DNA of 64,000 nucleotides, taken from positions 1 to 64,000 of the IMG/VR virus record IMGVR_UViG_3300011008_000071, one strand, 5' to 3'. Made by a program: the position numbers and the translations under genes. Below the pieces are notes generated by a model. It ran no database searches. It was given only the letters and a program-made list of their open reading frames with translations, and was not told where the DNA came from. The stretch is from a virus. Lineage: Duplodnaviria > Caudoviricetes. This document shows, in pieces, positions 52,720-63,600 of the stretch (position 1 is the first letter of the stretch; each line of letters begins with the position of its first letter).

Positions 52720-53061
52720 TTAGATATTGGCTGCCGCGGCATGGAAGCCTTTCATTGCGTCTCTGATCGTTTCGATAACATCGCCCGTTGCAGGAAGCAT
52801 ATTAATAGGGCAATTCATTGTGAACTCTTTCGGATGGAAGTAGTCGCAGTATCCCGGTCTTTCGCAGCGATAAGCCTTGACCGTTTCATCATCACCCTGA
52901 AATACGATGTTCAGATGGGATAAGCCGTCTTTGCACACATTTACCTGATGCTTCGTTGAGTAGATCTGTAAGGACCAATCTCCACCAGGAAGCTTGTGAT
53001 CTCCCACATCATTTACCGGAGCAGTCCGTATCCACTCATAAAGATCTCTTAAAGTTGTCAT
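52720..53061 (-). CDS. Hypothetical protein
   Basis: 113-aa ORF. Confidence 0.6.
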   Translation of the reverse strand: MTTLRDLYEWIRTAPVNDVGDHKLPGGDWSLQIYSTKHQVNVCKDGLSHLNIVFQGDDETVKAYRCERPGYCDYFHPKEFTMNCPINMLPATGDVIETIRDAMKGFHAAAANI

Positions 53062-53191
53062 AATTCATGACCTTCCTTTCATTTAAATTTGATAATCTAT
53101 GATTATCTTCTATATTGATAATATATTCGCAAAATCGACGAAGATACGATAAAAGTAAAAACCAGCAGGGCTAAGCCCTGCTGGTTGTTCA

Positions 53192-53995
53192 TCATTTAAG
53201 AAGATCAATAAACATACGGAGAAGATCTGCCGTACCGTGGATGGTTACTTTCTTCAATAACTGATCGATTGTATCTTCAGGATTTGCAACCCAGTTGTCA
53301 GTAGTATTGCTCAGGGTTATCCTCTGGAGTCCGGCAATCGCATCATTCTCAAATACCATGTAATGTACCTGATCCGTCTCCTTATTGCTGAATGCGTAAC
53401 GGCGGTTGTCATTACTCGAGGACGGAATTAACATAGTATTGAATTTTCCCAGAGAATGGATGTGATTTGAACTGGTATCCTCATATAGATTCTCTTCGAA
53501 GTAATTGAAAAGATCTTGGAATGTAGGACCGTTCGAGCTTACCTCATCATCCGGAAGATCTTCCGGAACCCCCTTTTCTTCAGCTGGTTCAGTTGCAGGG
53601 ACAGGCTTATCAACAAGAGTAACTTCAACCTGATCATAGTCGGCTATGTTATTCTCTGTGGTTTCGATATTCGGAAGCGGGAGATGATTATCATGCCCAA
53701 CAGGTTCCTCAATAACTGATTCTTCATCCTTATAGTGAGTAACCTCGATAGCCGAAATCCTGGTAGCAACGTCTGTCATTGTCACCAAACATGGAATAGT
53801 TGTATGGTGTTTCATATATTTCATGATGTCTGCCATCCAGTCGGCCTGATCTTTAATATCTTCTGAACCATCGAAGTTCAATGTGAAGTTAGCGAATTCA
53901 ACTCCACAGTGAATAGACTTTTCATACATCCTATCGAATATCCAATCGACGAACTCCCGTTCGTCCTTCTTGCTAATGTAAATAACTGTATCCAT
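53192..53995 (-). CDS. Hypothetical acidic protein
   Basis: 267-aa ORF with AGGAGG RBS. Confidence 0.65.
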   Translation of the reverse strand: MDTVIYISKKDEREFVDWIFDRMYEKSIHCGVEFANFTLNFDGSEDIKDQADWMADIMKYMKHHTTIPCLVTMTDVATRISAIEVTHYKDEESVIEEPVGHDNHLPLPNIETTENNIADYDQVEVTLVDKPVPATEPAEEKGVPEDLPDDEVSSNGPTFQDLFNYFEENLYEDTSSNHIHSLGKFNTMLIPSSSNDNRRYAFSNKETDQVHYMVFENDAIAGLQRITLSNTTDNWVANPEDTIDQLLKKVTIHGTADLLRMFIDLLK

Positions 53996-54004
53996 ATTAT
54001 CCTC

Positions 54005-55099
54005 CTAGCCGATTAAGGCAGTTAAATTAATTGGGAAATCAAAGAAGCGTTTGTTATTCAACGCCGATAATGACATGAAGTCGACTCTGTCCACAATCTG
54101 ATCTTGCAGTGAAGATTTGTCTGCTTCACTCATCATGTTGAATTGTGTGTCAATACTCAGACATTGGAATGCCTTCTTAACATCTGCTCTGATTTCCTGC
54201 GGGAATAGTTGAATTATCGAATCGATAGCATTAAAGTCTCTCAGGATGATATCCCGTTCCAAACCATTTCGAATGATTGCCAGGAATGTGGAATACCCGA
54301 ATCTTGGTGCCGCCTTGATATTCCTGATCTTACTACCTCGAATCGACAATAATAATCTGTAGTACATTTCGGATTTGAATATTCCTAGATCTACAGGAGA
54401 TTCATTCTTCACAATCGTCTGCACCGTACTTTCGATATCACTACAGATCTTGAAGTAGGAGTATCTATTCTTGATATACAGAGTGAGAAAGTCGGGGTTG
54501 AACAGATACAGGGTGTCGAACACATCTCCTGTCACGATCACGTTCTTCGCTCCGGATAAGGATGAAATTGCCTGAGGGATGATCGACGAATCAAACGTCT
54601 TGGACTTCAGGAAATATACCTTGGGAACATAGGAAATGATCAATTCAATCTCTGGTATAACGATCTCCGTTAGTACCTTTCCCATCTCTCGGAATTCCGG
54701 GTTCTGTAAGTATCGGTTTCTGTAGTATGACCTGTAATACTTATTGATGCAGGTCATCTCTTGTTCCTCTTCTGCAAGCAGGTCTGTATAGTAATAGTAT
54801 ATATTAACATTGCATCTCATCTTCTTGGCAAAGAGGAGACGGTAATGTGCAACCAGATTCAGAATCGCCGATTCCAGTTCAATTACGACCTGCTGCTTAT
54901 ATTGCACCAGAGAGGTTATCAGCCTCGACTGTAGTGTCAGGTTACGTAACACAGATTCGAAATTGATAAACACATTTAGGTCATCACCTGGTTGTATGTT
55001 TAACATACTCGAATTGATATGAATATCCAGATCTGCCCATCTGGCCATATATCTACCTGCGGCAACAGCTACCCCAGGATGGTATCCTTCCATGTACAA
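54005..55099 (-). CDS. Putative 5'-3' exonuclease/flap endonuclease (PIN-fold)-like protein
   Basis: Pattern VFINFESV..., IVTGDVFD, RG.K.RNI; located next to the primase gene. Weak inference. Confidence 0.4.
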   Translation of the reverse strand: MYMEGYHPGVAVAAGRYMARWADLDIHINSSMLNIQPGDDLNVFINFESVLRNLTLQSRLITSLVQYKQQVVIELESAILNLVAHYRLLFAKKMRCNVNIYYYYTDLLAEEEQEMTCINKYYRSYYRNRYLQNPEFREMGKVLTEIVIPEIELIISYVPKVYFLKSKTFDSSIIPQAISSLSGAKNVIVTGDVFDTLYLFNPDFLTLYIKNRYSYFKICSDIESTVQTIVKNESPVDLGIFKSEMYYRLLLSIRGSKIRNIKAAPRFGYSTFLAIIRNGLERDIILRDFNAIDSIIQLFPQEIRADVKKAFQCLSIDTQFNMMSEADKSSLQDQIVDRVDFMSLSALNNKRFFDFPINLTALIG

Positions 55100-55108
55100 T
55101 CCTCCTTC

Positions 55109-55300
55109 CTATAGTATATTCATAATGATTAACATGATGCATGCGACCCATCGCAAAGTCTCATCACCACTCAGTATCAGTGCTAACATAATTCCTCCAT
55201 ATAATGTATATGGAATAAGGATTATCAGTGTTGCAGCAGTAATACTGAATTGAGAAGCGAAATCAATCAACAGGTCACGGGGTCTCCTTATTTGTTTCAT
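55109..55300 (-). CDS. Small membrane protein
   Basis: 63 aa, mostly hydrophobic; overlaps the primase stop codon. Confidence 0.45.
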   Translation of the reverse strand: MKQIRRPRDLLIDFASQFSITAATLIILIPYTLYGGIMLALILSGDETLRWVACIMLIIMNIL

Positions 55301-56289
55301 ACATTCTTATGGGCGAGCTTGATTTCTTCCAGCTTCACTCCTACGTCCTTTCCTATAACATTCCAGCACAACGTGATCTGTTTAAACATCCACTTGTAGC
55401 CCTTTAATCGGAATATCAATTCTTTCATATCAATTCCTTTGTCGATGTAAATCCTTACAGATACATTCTTGCCTATGATACCTTTTCCTATCATGTGTTC
55501 TAGGGCGGAGATATAGTCGGAACCCAGTGCAGCAATGAATGCAGAATTCTTGGTATCATAGAAGTTCTTGTAAACGGAAAGAATATCAAAAACACCTTCT
55601 GCAATATTGATAACAATCGACTCCTGGGTGAATATATCAATCTGGGATTTGATTGTATAGAATGCCCGACCCATGCCTCTCATGATTCCCAGCTTCCTCC
55701 AGGAATGATCTTCATCTGCTGGAGTTAATCTTCGAATCATCAACGTGGTCTTATCATCTGATAAGAATGTAATGGTTTCGCCTGGGTTGGGTAATGTGTT
55801 GCGGACCTTGGCGGAATCGATATATGGAATAATTCCTCGGAAATCCCATACGATTTTGAACCTATCATAGTCTTCGAATGAGAAACCTTTTCCAAGTCGG
55901 TTTTCAATATATGCAACCTGGTTGGATGCAATTACAGGTGTTCCTATTACCAGACTTACATCCGATACCGATGTTAATGGAATCTTCCTAGAGCGGTTTG
56001 TTAATGCCAGTCGCTGTACATCTTTGCTCAGACCGAGCTTCTTCAGGAAGTACTTGTTCACAATACCATGTGCATTACACAGAAAGCAATTATAGAGCAG
56101 AGGTTCCATCGGATCATTTGAGCATTTGATGTAACAATGGCTGTCTGTTGGGTCCTTCTGACTATCCCCACAGATAGGACATCGTATCCTATATTCCACA
56201 CCGTTAACAGGTTTGCATATGGGAACGCCTTTCTGAATCTCAGAAAGGATTTCATATTTCGTTGGTTTCATCTTTACATCCTCCTTCAT
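55297..56289 (-). CDS. DNA primase (Zn-finger plus TOPRIM)
   Basis: RCPICGDS...H...CFLC and AEGVFD. Confidence 0.8.
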   Translation of the reverse strand: MKEDVKMKPTKYEILSEIQKGVPICKPVNGVEYRIRCPICGDSQKDPTDSHCYIKCSNDPMEPLLYNCFLCNAHGIVNKYFLKKLGLSKDVQRLALTNRSRKIPLTSVSDVSLVIGTPVIASNQVAYIENRLGKGFSFEDYDRFKIVWDFRGIIPYIDSAKVRNTLPNPGETITFLSDDKTTLMIRRLTPADEDHSWRKLGIMRGMGRAFYTIKSQIDIFTQESIVINIAEGVFDILSVYKNFYDTKNSAFIAALGSDYISALEHMIGKGIIGKNVSVRIYIDKGIDMKELIFRLKGYKWMFKQITLCWNVIGKDVGVKLEEIKLAHKNV

Positions 56290-56321
56290 CCTTGTTAAAT
56301 ACAGAATATATCATTTTAAAA

Positions 56322-56331
56322 TATATATTAT
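56322..56331 (+). promoter_or_regulatory. TATATATTAT promoter-like motif upstream of the tubulin gene
   Basis: Same recurrent motif. Confidence 0.65.
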
Positions 56332-56438
56332 CATAGTAGATGAATTAAGGACGAATGCCAACCGAAGCAGTAATTGTCCATGGAGAGGCATACTTATTCA
56401 TTGGCAAAATTAAAAATTTTATACAGGAGGAATTTTCA

Positions 56439-57617
56439 ATGGAAACATTAGAAAAGAAAGCAGTAATCATAGGCATTGGTAACTGTGGTTCCCAGGTTGC
56501 TAATCTAGCCGAGAAGAAGTACTCTGATCTCTTCGACTGTGTTTACATCAACAGCAGTGAAGCGGATCTTGCAATGGTTCAGACACAGAGTAATCTGAAG
56601 TACAAAATCGGCGACAGAGAAAAGATAGAAGGCTCAGGTAAAGACCGCAGTAAGATGAAGGAATATCTCAGAGCAGGAGCGAAGAAGATCATCTGCGATG
56701 AGGCATTCAGAGATGTTGTTGCCAGTAAGAAATATTGCTTCGTAGTTGCATCATCTGCAGGCGGAACAGGATCTGGTTCGGCACCACTTCTGATGGAACT
56801 TCTCCGTCAACTCTTCCCTGACACGCATTTCATTCTGATTGGCGTATTACCACAGCTGGCTGCATCGCTGATGGAGCAGGGTAATACACTTGAGTTCCTG
56901 AATGAACTGTATGAGCTGTTGGGTGACGACACTACGTATATGATTTATGACAATGAGACGGTTTCCGATCTCCCGCCTACGATGGCTCTGGAGAAGGTGA
57001 ATGAATCCATCGTTGAAGATCTGAAAGTTCTTACTGGTGTTGACAACTACCCCACACCATATGAATCTATTGATGAGGCAGATATGGAACAGATCATCAC
57101 GACCCCAGGGAGGCTTCTGGTTACCAGAATCAACAAGGGACTTACGGAGAAGGCGATGGAAGACAATCGTCTGGACGAGCTCATTGTTAAATCGATCAAG
57201 AACTCCAACCACTGCGAGACGGACCGCAACAAGAAGGTTATTCGTTGCGGAATAATCACATTCTTCACGGACGAAGTTAACAGACTTTATGCTCCGAACC
57301 TGGAAGGGCTTATCAAGTTCCTCGGAACCCCGAAGGAGAGATTCAATCATAACGCGGTAAACGGCGGTCAGGAATCATTGAACTTCCTGTACATGATTGC
57401 ATCTGGTCTCTCCCCGATCAATGACAGGGCAAAGAAGATCAATGAACGCATTGAGGAACTCAAGGAGATGTTGGCAAAGGATGACACCAACAAGTATGTC
57501 CTGTCCGGGGATGTTGAAACATACTCCAGTGCCGCTGAGAGAAGGAAGATGGCTTCAAAGTCCAAGGAAGGAACAGCAATCGACACGGCTGCCATCTTCG
57601 ACAAGTTCATGAAATAA
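56439..57617 (+). CDS. Tubulin/FtsZ-family GTPase (PhuZ/TubZ-like)
   Basis: GIGNCG, GSGKDR, the GGTGSG signature, DN and IDEAD; AGGAGG before the ATG at 56439. Confidence 0.9.
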   Translation: METLEKKAVIIGIGNCGSQVANLAEKKYSDLFDCVYINSSEADLAMVQTQSNLKYKIGDREKIEGSGKDRSKMKEYLRAGAKKIICDEAFRDVVASKKYCFVVASSAGGTGSGSAPLLMELLRQLFPDTHFILIGVLPQLAASLMEQGNTLEFLNELYELLGDDTTYMIYDNETVSDLPPTMALEKVNESIVEDLKVLTGVDNYPTPYESIDEADMEQIITTPGRLLVTRINKGLTEKAMEDNRLDELIVKSIKNSNHCETDRNKKVIRCGIITFFTDEVNRLYAPNLEGLIKFLGTPKERFNHNAVNGGQESLNFLYMIASGLSPINDRAKKINERIEELKEMLAKDDTNKYVLSGDVETYSSAAERRKMASKSKEGTAIDTAAIFDKFMK

Positions 57618-57701
57618 TTTCATATCATATCAATTACAACTTCATACCCCGCAACAGGCGGGGTATGAAATACTATTTTAACTCTAAGGAGGAGTTTTAC
57701 A

Positions 57702-59024
57702 ATGGCTAGTTTACCTGTCAAGGCAGTACAGGCAGTTGGAAAATGGTTAGGCGACAAGGCCCTGAAAACAATCGCCAAACCACTCGATGAAATGGTTGAT
57801 AAGAATATCACTGATATTACGACAACCATTGGCTCATTCGTCATCCGTAAGGTACGAGGAAAGTTCCAAAGATCATTAACATTCGAAGTCGGGGTTCATT
57901 ACGGCGACAATTGGATGGAAGAAGCCCTGTATGGAATTCTGTATGAGTATAACAACATCAAGAATTCCACCCAGGTTCACCTTACCAATATTCGCAAGCC
58001 CGGGAAACCTGATGACTTATATTCCACCCTCGGTGAAGGTACTCACAACATGAAGTACAGAGAGTGGAACATTCTTCTGTGTATTCAGAGCAGTACCATA
58101 GGAGGACATGGTACACCTGTTCGACATGTGACAATATACACCATCATCACGTATGATATGAATCCGAAGTTCGTCAAGATGTTCGAAGCCGACATGCGTC
58201 GTCACCGCAATGCCCTACTTCATATCAGTCCTGATTCTCCTACTCTGAATGTGTATACCGATGGTCATGAGAATGATGGTCTGACATACTGGGAATATTC
58301 GGCCCCAATTCCCAAACGCAGAATCAATACCATCTATCTCCCCAGAGAACAGCTGAAACGTATCATTGATACCATCAATGAGTTCTTCGCTAACAAGCAG
58401 TTCTATATCGATCATGGAATTCCGTGGACATTGAAGATCCTGTTCTATGGTCCAGCAGGTACAGGCAAAAGCAGTCTTGTTAAGATGATTGCTTCAGAAT
58501 GGAACCGAAATCTCTTCGAATGTTCCGGTGGTAAGATGGGCAAATTCATTCCTAACTGTCTAACAGACTATATCGAGGGAATGATTGACCCTGTTCTATC
58601 AATATCTGATGTCGATAAGTATCCAATCCTGATCAATGAAGCCGATACCAACATTGCAAACAAGGACGAGAAGCAGAGCGAAGAACAGCTTCAGTACAAG
58701 CAGATCTTCAATAAGATGATTAATGCTCTAGACGGCATTACCTCAGGCGAGAACAGAATCATCATCATGACCACGAATCACATTGAGAAGTTCTCTGAGA
58801 CATTCCTGAGACCAGGTAGAATAGATCTGATCGAAGAGATCGGCTATGTTACACCGGAAACATTCAGACGGTTCTTCCTTGATTTCTATAATATCGTCCT
58901 TCCGGAAAATATTGAACTCCGTGACGGCCCGTTGACCATTGCAGAAATGCAGAGAGACATTCTGTATTACAAGCTTGATTCAGATCAGTTCCTTGAGAAA
59001 TATCTGAAGAAAAATAAGAAGTAA
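57702..59024 (+). CDS. AAA+ ATPase (BCS1-like)
   Basis: Walker A GPAGTGKS, NALDG, MTTNH and LRPGRID; Walker B is atypical (SISDVD). Confidence 0.85.
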   Translation: MASLPVKAVQAVGKWLGDKALKTIAKPLDEMVDKNITDITTTIGSFVIRKVRGKFQRSLTFEVGVHYGDNWMEEALYGILYEYNNIKNSTQVHLTNIRKPGKPDDLYSTLGEGTHNMKYREWNILLCIQSSTIGGHGTPVRHVTIYTIITYDMNPKFVKMFEADMRRHRNALLHISPDSPTLNVYTDGHENDGLTYWEYSAPIPKRRINTIYLPREQLKRIIDTINEFFANKQFYIDHGIPWTLKILFYGPAGTGKSSLVKMIASEWNRNLFECSGGKMGKFIPNCLTDYIEGMIDPVLSISDVDKYPILINEADTNIANKDEKQSEEQLQYKQIFNKMINALDGITSGENRIIIMTTNHIEKFSETFLRPGRIDLIEEIGYVTPETFRRFFLDFYNIVLPENIELRDGPLTIAEMQRDILYYKLDSDQFLEKYLKKNKK

Positions 59025-59200
59025 AAGATCAAAAATCCCGGTGGAATTTCCACCGGGATTACGAATTTATTTTTGTCAAAAATGGGCAAATTTTGGTCAT
59101 TTTTGGTCAATGTCCCACACTTTGCGAAAAGTAAAATTTCCAAACACCCTCTAGCTCCCAGCTCTGGCCGAGAAAAACGGATCCCGATTTTTCAGATATA

Positions 59201-59359
59201 TATTACATGTATAGACATGTAAATGTCTGTACATGTAACTCCTTGACAGTCGTTCCATGATCGACATGGATGAGTAATCATGTATAGTCATCCATGATTA
59301 CTACAGTCATGACATAGTCATGTAATCCATGTCTATACAGACTGTCTATACATGTAATA
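59201..59359. repeat. CATG-rich nested palindromic element
   Basis: 17-bp perfect terminal inverted repeat tattacatgtatagaca/tgtctatacatgtaata; 11 CATG sites in about 155 bp. Confidence 0.8.
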
Positions 59360-59465
59360 ATTCTCAGTGGAGTTTTCAATTTTTGAGGGTTTTCAAATTG
59401 ACTAAAATTGAAGATAATCAACCGTGGGTAAGACGGTTGATTATCACTATATTATTCTTTTCTGA

Positions 59466-60590
59466 TTATGCCTGTAATTCTCTTTCTATTACACTTATTC
59501 TGCCCGATAATGTTATTACTTCATTCCTCAGGTTATTCAATTCAGCCAGTATCTGCTCTACAGGTAGAGATACCTGCTGATCAATCTTTGATCTCAGTTC
59601 CATCAGTTCCTGTCTGATTTCAGGTATCTCTACGTTAGCTGATGATTGTATTGATACAGGCTGTGTATTTTCTAACTGGGTGATACGGTCAAGTATGATA
59701 GAGATATCATCAGTAGAAGCTTTGCCTAACAAAACACTGTCTAAGCCTGTAATGTCTTCGACGGTTAGTTGAGGTAAATCTTCTTTTGTCAGGTTTGATA
59801 CTCCTGTAATCTGCCCAGTACTGGATACAGTCAGCTTCGTGTATATACCAGGTTTGATATCGGTCTGCATGGCATCCAGTCTGGAAAATACAGTATCTCT
59901 GATATTGTTAATATCATCAATGGATGCCATATTCAGTATCCTGGATTCTATCTTCTGTAATCTACCTGTCAACTGAGTAGGAATATCCTGCATGGTCAGT
60001 TCAGAACCGCCTGTAACTCGACCTTTGGAATCCCAGAACACCTTGCAACCATTACCGGCTATGGTAGAGAATCTATCCTCAGTCACTGTAGGAATACTTG
60101 CTTTGATCAGCTCAAGATTCTCTGCCAATCCAGATATCTTCTCAACAGGGAGTTCTGGGATATCCTCAACCAACAATGGTGAAGCGTCTATGACCAAACC
60201 ATGGTCATCGACATTCACCTTACACCCGCTAACAGCAGGAATAGATTTTTTAGTGAAAGAATCAAATGCCGACGAAATGCGGGACAATTCCGCCCGCCCG
60301 GGCAGTGATGAAATGAGGTCACGTAGTCCAGTTACCTTGTCGATTGGAATGTCAGGTATATCGGAAACGTCAAGTGGAGAACCGGCGTACACCAGCCCCG
60401 CCGCGTTGTATGCCACCTTACATGCCATTCCAGGAGATATTGGTTTCTCTGCTTTCACGGATGTTTTGGAGTCTATCTTCAGAGCTGTTAATTGTTTCTT
60501 TGCTGCCTCCAGCTCCTGCTCCAGAGTCCGTATTCTATTCTGTATATCATTGATTATTTCAGTATTCATATCGATCCCTCCTAAGACCAA
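59466..60590 (-). CDS. Tail-fibre-like repeat protein with coiled-coil ends
   Basis: Four K(V/L)xxxxxGxV/I...LxxxDIP-type repeats. Confidence 0.6.
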   Translation of the reverse strand: MVLGGIDMNTEIINDIQNRIRTLEQELEAAKKQLTALKIDSKTSVKAEKPISPGMACKVAYNAAGLVYAGSPLDVSDIPDIPIDKVTGLRDLISSLPGRAELSRISSAFDSFTKKSIPAVSGCKVNVDDHGLVIDASPLLVEDIPELPVEKISGLAENLELIKASIPTVTEDRFSTIAGNGCKVFWDSKGRVTGGSELTMQDIPTQLTGRLQKIESRILNMASIDDINNIRDTVFSRLDAMQTDIKPGIYTKLTVSSTGQITGVSNLTKEDLPQLTVEDITGLDSVLLGKASTDDISIILDRITQLENTQPVSIQSSANVEIPEIRQELMELRSKIDQQVSLPVEQILAELNNLRNEVITLSGRISVIERELQA

Positions 60591-60671
60591 ACCTTTAATA
60601 ATTTAAGCATCGGTTTTGCCCTGTGGAACGCAGTATTAAACCGAAAATCTATTGAGAGGAGTTGTTTCCAA

Positions 60672-63600
60672 ATGCGGAATAATATGTATGAAGGCAGATG
60701 GAGCCCATTCGATCCCATCTGGTATCAGCAAGCATTTGACAAATTTATTTCCACGGCAGATGAATTGTTTAACCAGGACGAAATCATCGCCGCTGGTTAT
60801 GAGCTCCCTGAGTCCGATGGATCTAAATCATCGGTCTTTCACCATGATGCAGTTACTAATAACTCATTCGATGAGATACAGCTCCGTGAGACCCTGAAAG
60901 ACATTTACTTGAATTCTCATAACCGTCTCATGGCTGCCAATCATGACAACGTTCATTTCTTTCAGTATCAGTGTACGATGAAAGACGTGAAGTTGATTCC
61001 GAATACCAGATTCTGTGAACTTACCATCCCTACAGAATCCCTGATCACATCACGTGATAAATACAAGTTCCAGCAGTTTTACCGTAAGTGGATCCCTATT
61101 ACGGATCTCCTGAACTCTTGGGACGTGTTCAAATTCTCCGTCCTGTTATTCATCAATCAGAAAATCTATTCTGAGTATGAGTTGCGGATGGATGACCAGG
61201 AGACGGTAATCCGTTTCAAGTATTATGATCACTGGATAGACAACGACTATACTATTTATATATACAAATTCGATACCAATGCTCAGTGTAGAGTAAAGGT
61301 ATCGAAAGAGTTGATTCTTAATCAGTGGAATTGGAAGATGCCCATATCCTATCTTCCTGATAAGCGTATCCTAAATTCCAATAAACTGATCTGTGCATTC
61401 AACAAGATATCGGATATGAATATCCGTACAGACGGCATTACCAAGGCGGAAGTCATGGGTGATAACCTGGAGTTCCTCACGATCGAAGATGGGTATATAG
61501 ATCTATCCAAATGCAGTGAATTCAACAAGCACCTGATGGTTACGGACAACCAGCAGTGGATATGGATGACCATCATCTGTCCGAAGTTCATGCATGAGTT
61601 TCCGATACTGAATCCGACAGATGTAATCTACCGTCCATATGTCCCCAGATACAAACAGATCAAAGTCAAGGATAATGGGATCTGGAAGAATGTCAGAACG
61701 GATGTTAACTCCGAGAGAAAGAATGTATACATCAACATGTATGACCCTCCGGCCAATCTAAGTTTCTATATCAATGAAGATGATGAACTCGTCATTGAAT
61801 ACAACGGAAATGACGATCTGGAAGTTGGAACGGACATATTCATTGATGAGAATGGGTATGTGATTCTGAACTCAAATGCTTCCGGTGTTGATATCGAACT
61901 TTCCAAGTACTACTTCAAAGAAGATGGAAATGGAGAGTTGAATGTATACTATTCATGGAATGATGGATGGAATTACATCATTCGACCAATTGTTTTATCA
62001 GATGCATATGATGTCCAAGATATGGACGTGTATGACCTGATCAATGCGGATATGGAACAGCTTAGACAGTTGACCATTGAAGCAGCAGATATGGTTGAAA
62101 CATTCCGCAGCTTCATCACCTATGAATACACCTCAGATGATGACTTCTTCACCAAGTTCAATGCTTTGATCGCCAAGTTCGATGAGATTCATACATATCT
62201 GAATGAGTATATGACCAAGAAACGGATGTCATATATCACAGAGTATGAAGCTGTATGGGAAGAGTTCCATGAAATTGCAGAAGAGATCATATCTACCCCA
62301 GGTACGGTTGTAACCAGAAACAATCCTGAAGATGAACTTAAGACGGTGAATGCTTACTATGCAATCACTCGTTTCCATCGGCAGCATTCCAAATATAAAG
62401 ACTTCTGGGCATTCATATCTCCTTTGATATATATTCCCCGTGAGTTTGCAGATAGATATGAAATATCCATCATCACTTCCAGAATTGGAAATGTTACTCT
62501 CTGGGAGGATCCCAAGAAGGCAACTACTAAGTTGAGATTCAAACGCCCCGTGGACACATCTGATTTCTGGACCTTCGAGTACGATCAGGATGATCAAGTA
62601 TGGAGACCATATATGCTTAATATTGATCACCGTTTCCCGGATGTATATCTCCTGACGGATCCAAATGAGGAAACTCCTACACCGAATCGTGTATTCAAAT
62701 CTTTCATATTCTATTCTGATACGATGAATGTTAGAGAACCCAGCTCTGATATCGTTAGAGCATCTGCTTCATGGGATGATGATATGAATGAATTCGAATA
62801 TGATAAGGCAGGATCATACCGGAATATCTTCATGGAGAAGTTCTACTGGATGGCTGTCAAGACCATCTACAGAGGAATCATGATGACGAACTATAGGTGG
62901 GAATGTATTGAATATATTCAAGACAATGCCAGCTATGAACGTTTCAATGCCCTGTTCCTCAACACAATGGAGCCATATATCAAGATGGGCGAAAGCACAT
63001 ATCTCAAGTCGGATGATTACGGCTTCCTCGTGGATAATCGAATCTCGAAGATGAATGAATACCTGAAGGCATCCTTCCTCGGGTATAATCAAACCACAGG
63101 GTTTGAGATGTATCTTAACAAGACATGGAAGCCTTCATACTATGATTTCATTGTGAATGTTGACGATAACTTCCAGGGCGATATGAGATTGGTTAGAAGA
63201 CCTAGATCCACATTCGATACCAGACGTGTGATCAAGACTCTGCAGGAAACCCAGTTTTATATCTCCGGAGCAATCAAGGTGCTGAATAAGAATATTGAGG
63301 AAATCATTTCCGACATCAAGTATTCAGGACTTAACTTCCAGATTGAGTTGCTTGAAGAGCTTTTCGATCTTACATCCAAACTCCAATCCAATATGGACAA
63401 ATGTATCGAGTTCGTAAACAACCTCGATCTTGATATATATTCCATAGAGGATGTAAATACAATCATCAGATACATTGAAAGACATTATGAACTCATAGAG
63501 ATTATCAAGGATAAATTCTCCGGTATCAAAGACTTGCTTGGAGACCCTTCCCTGTTTGACGCCAAACTCACAATTCTTGAAGCGATATCCGCTGTGATCA

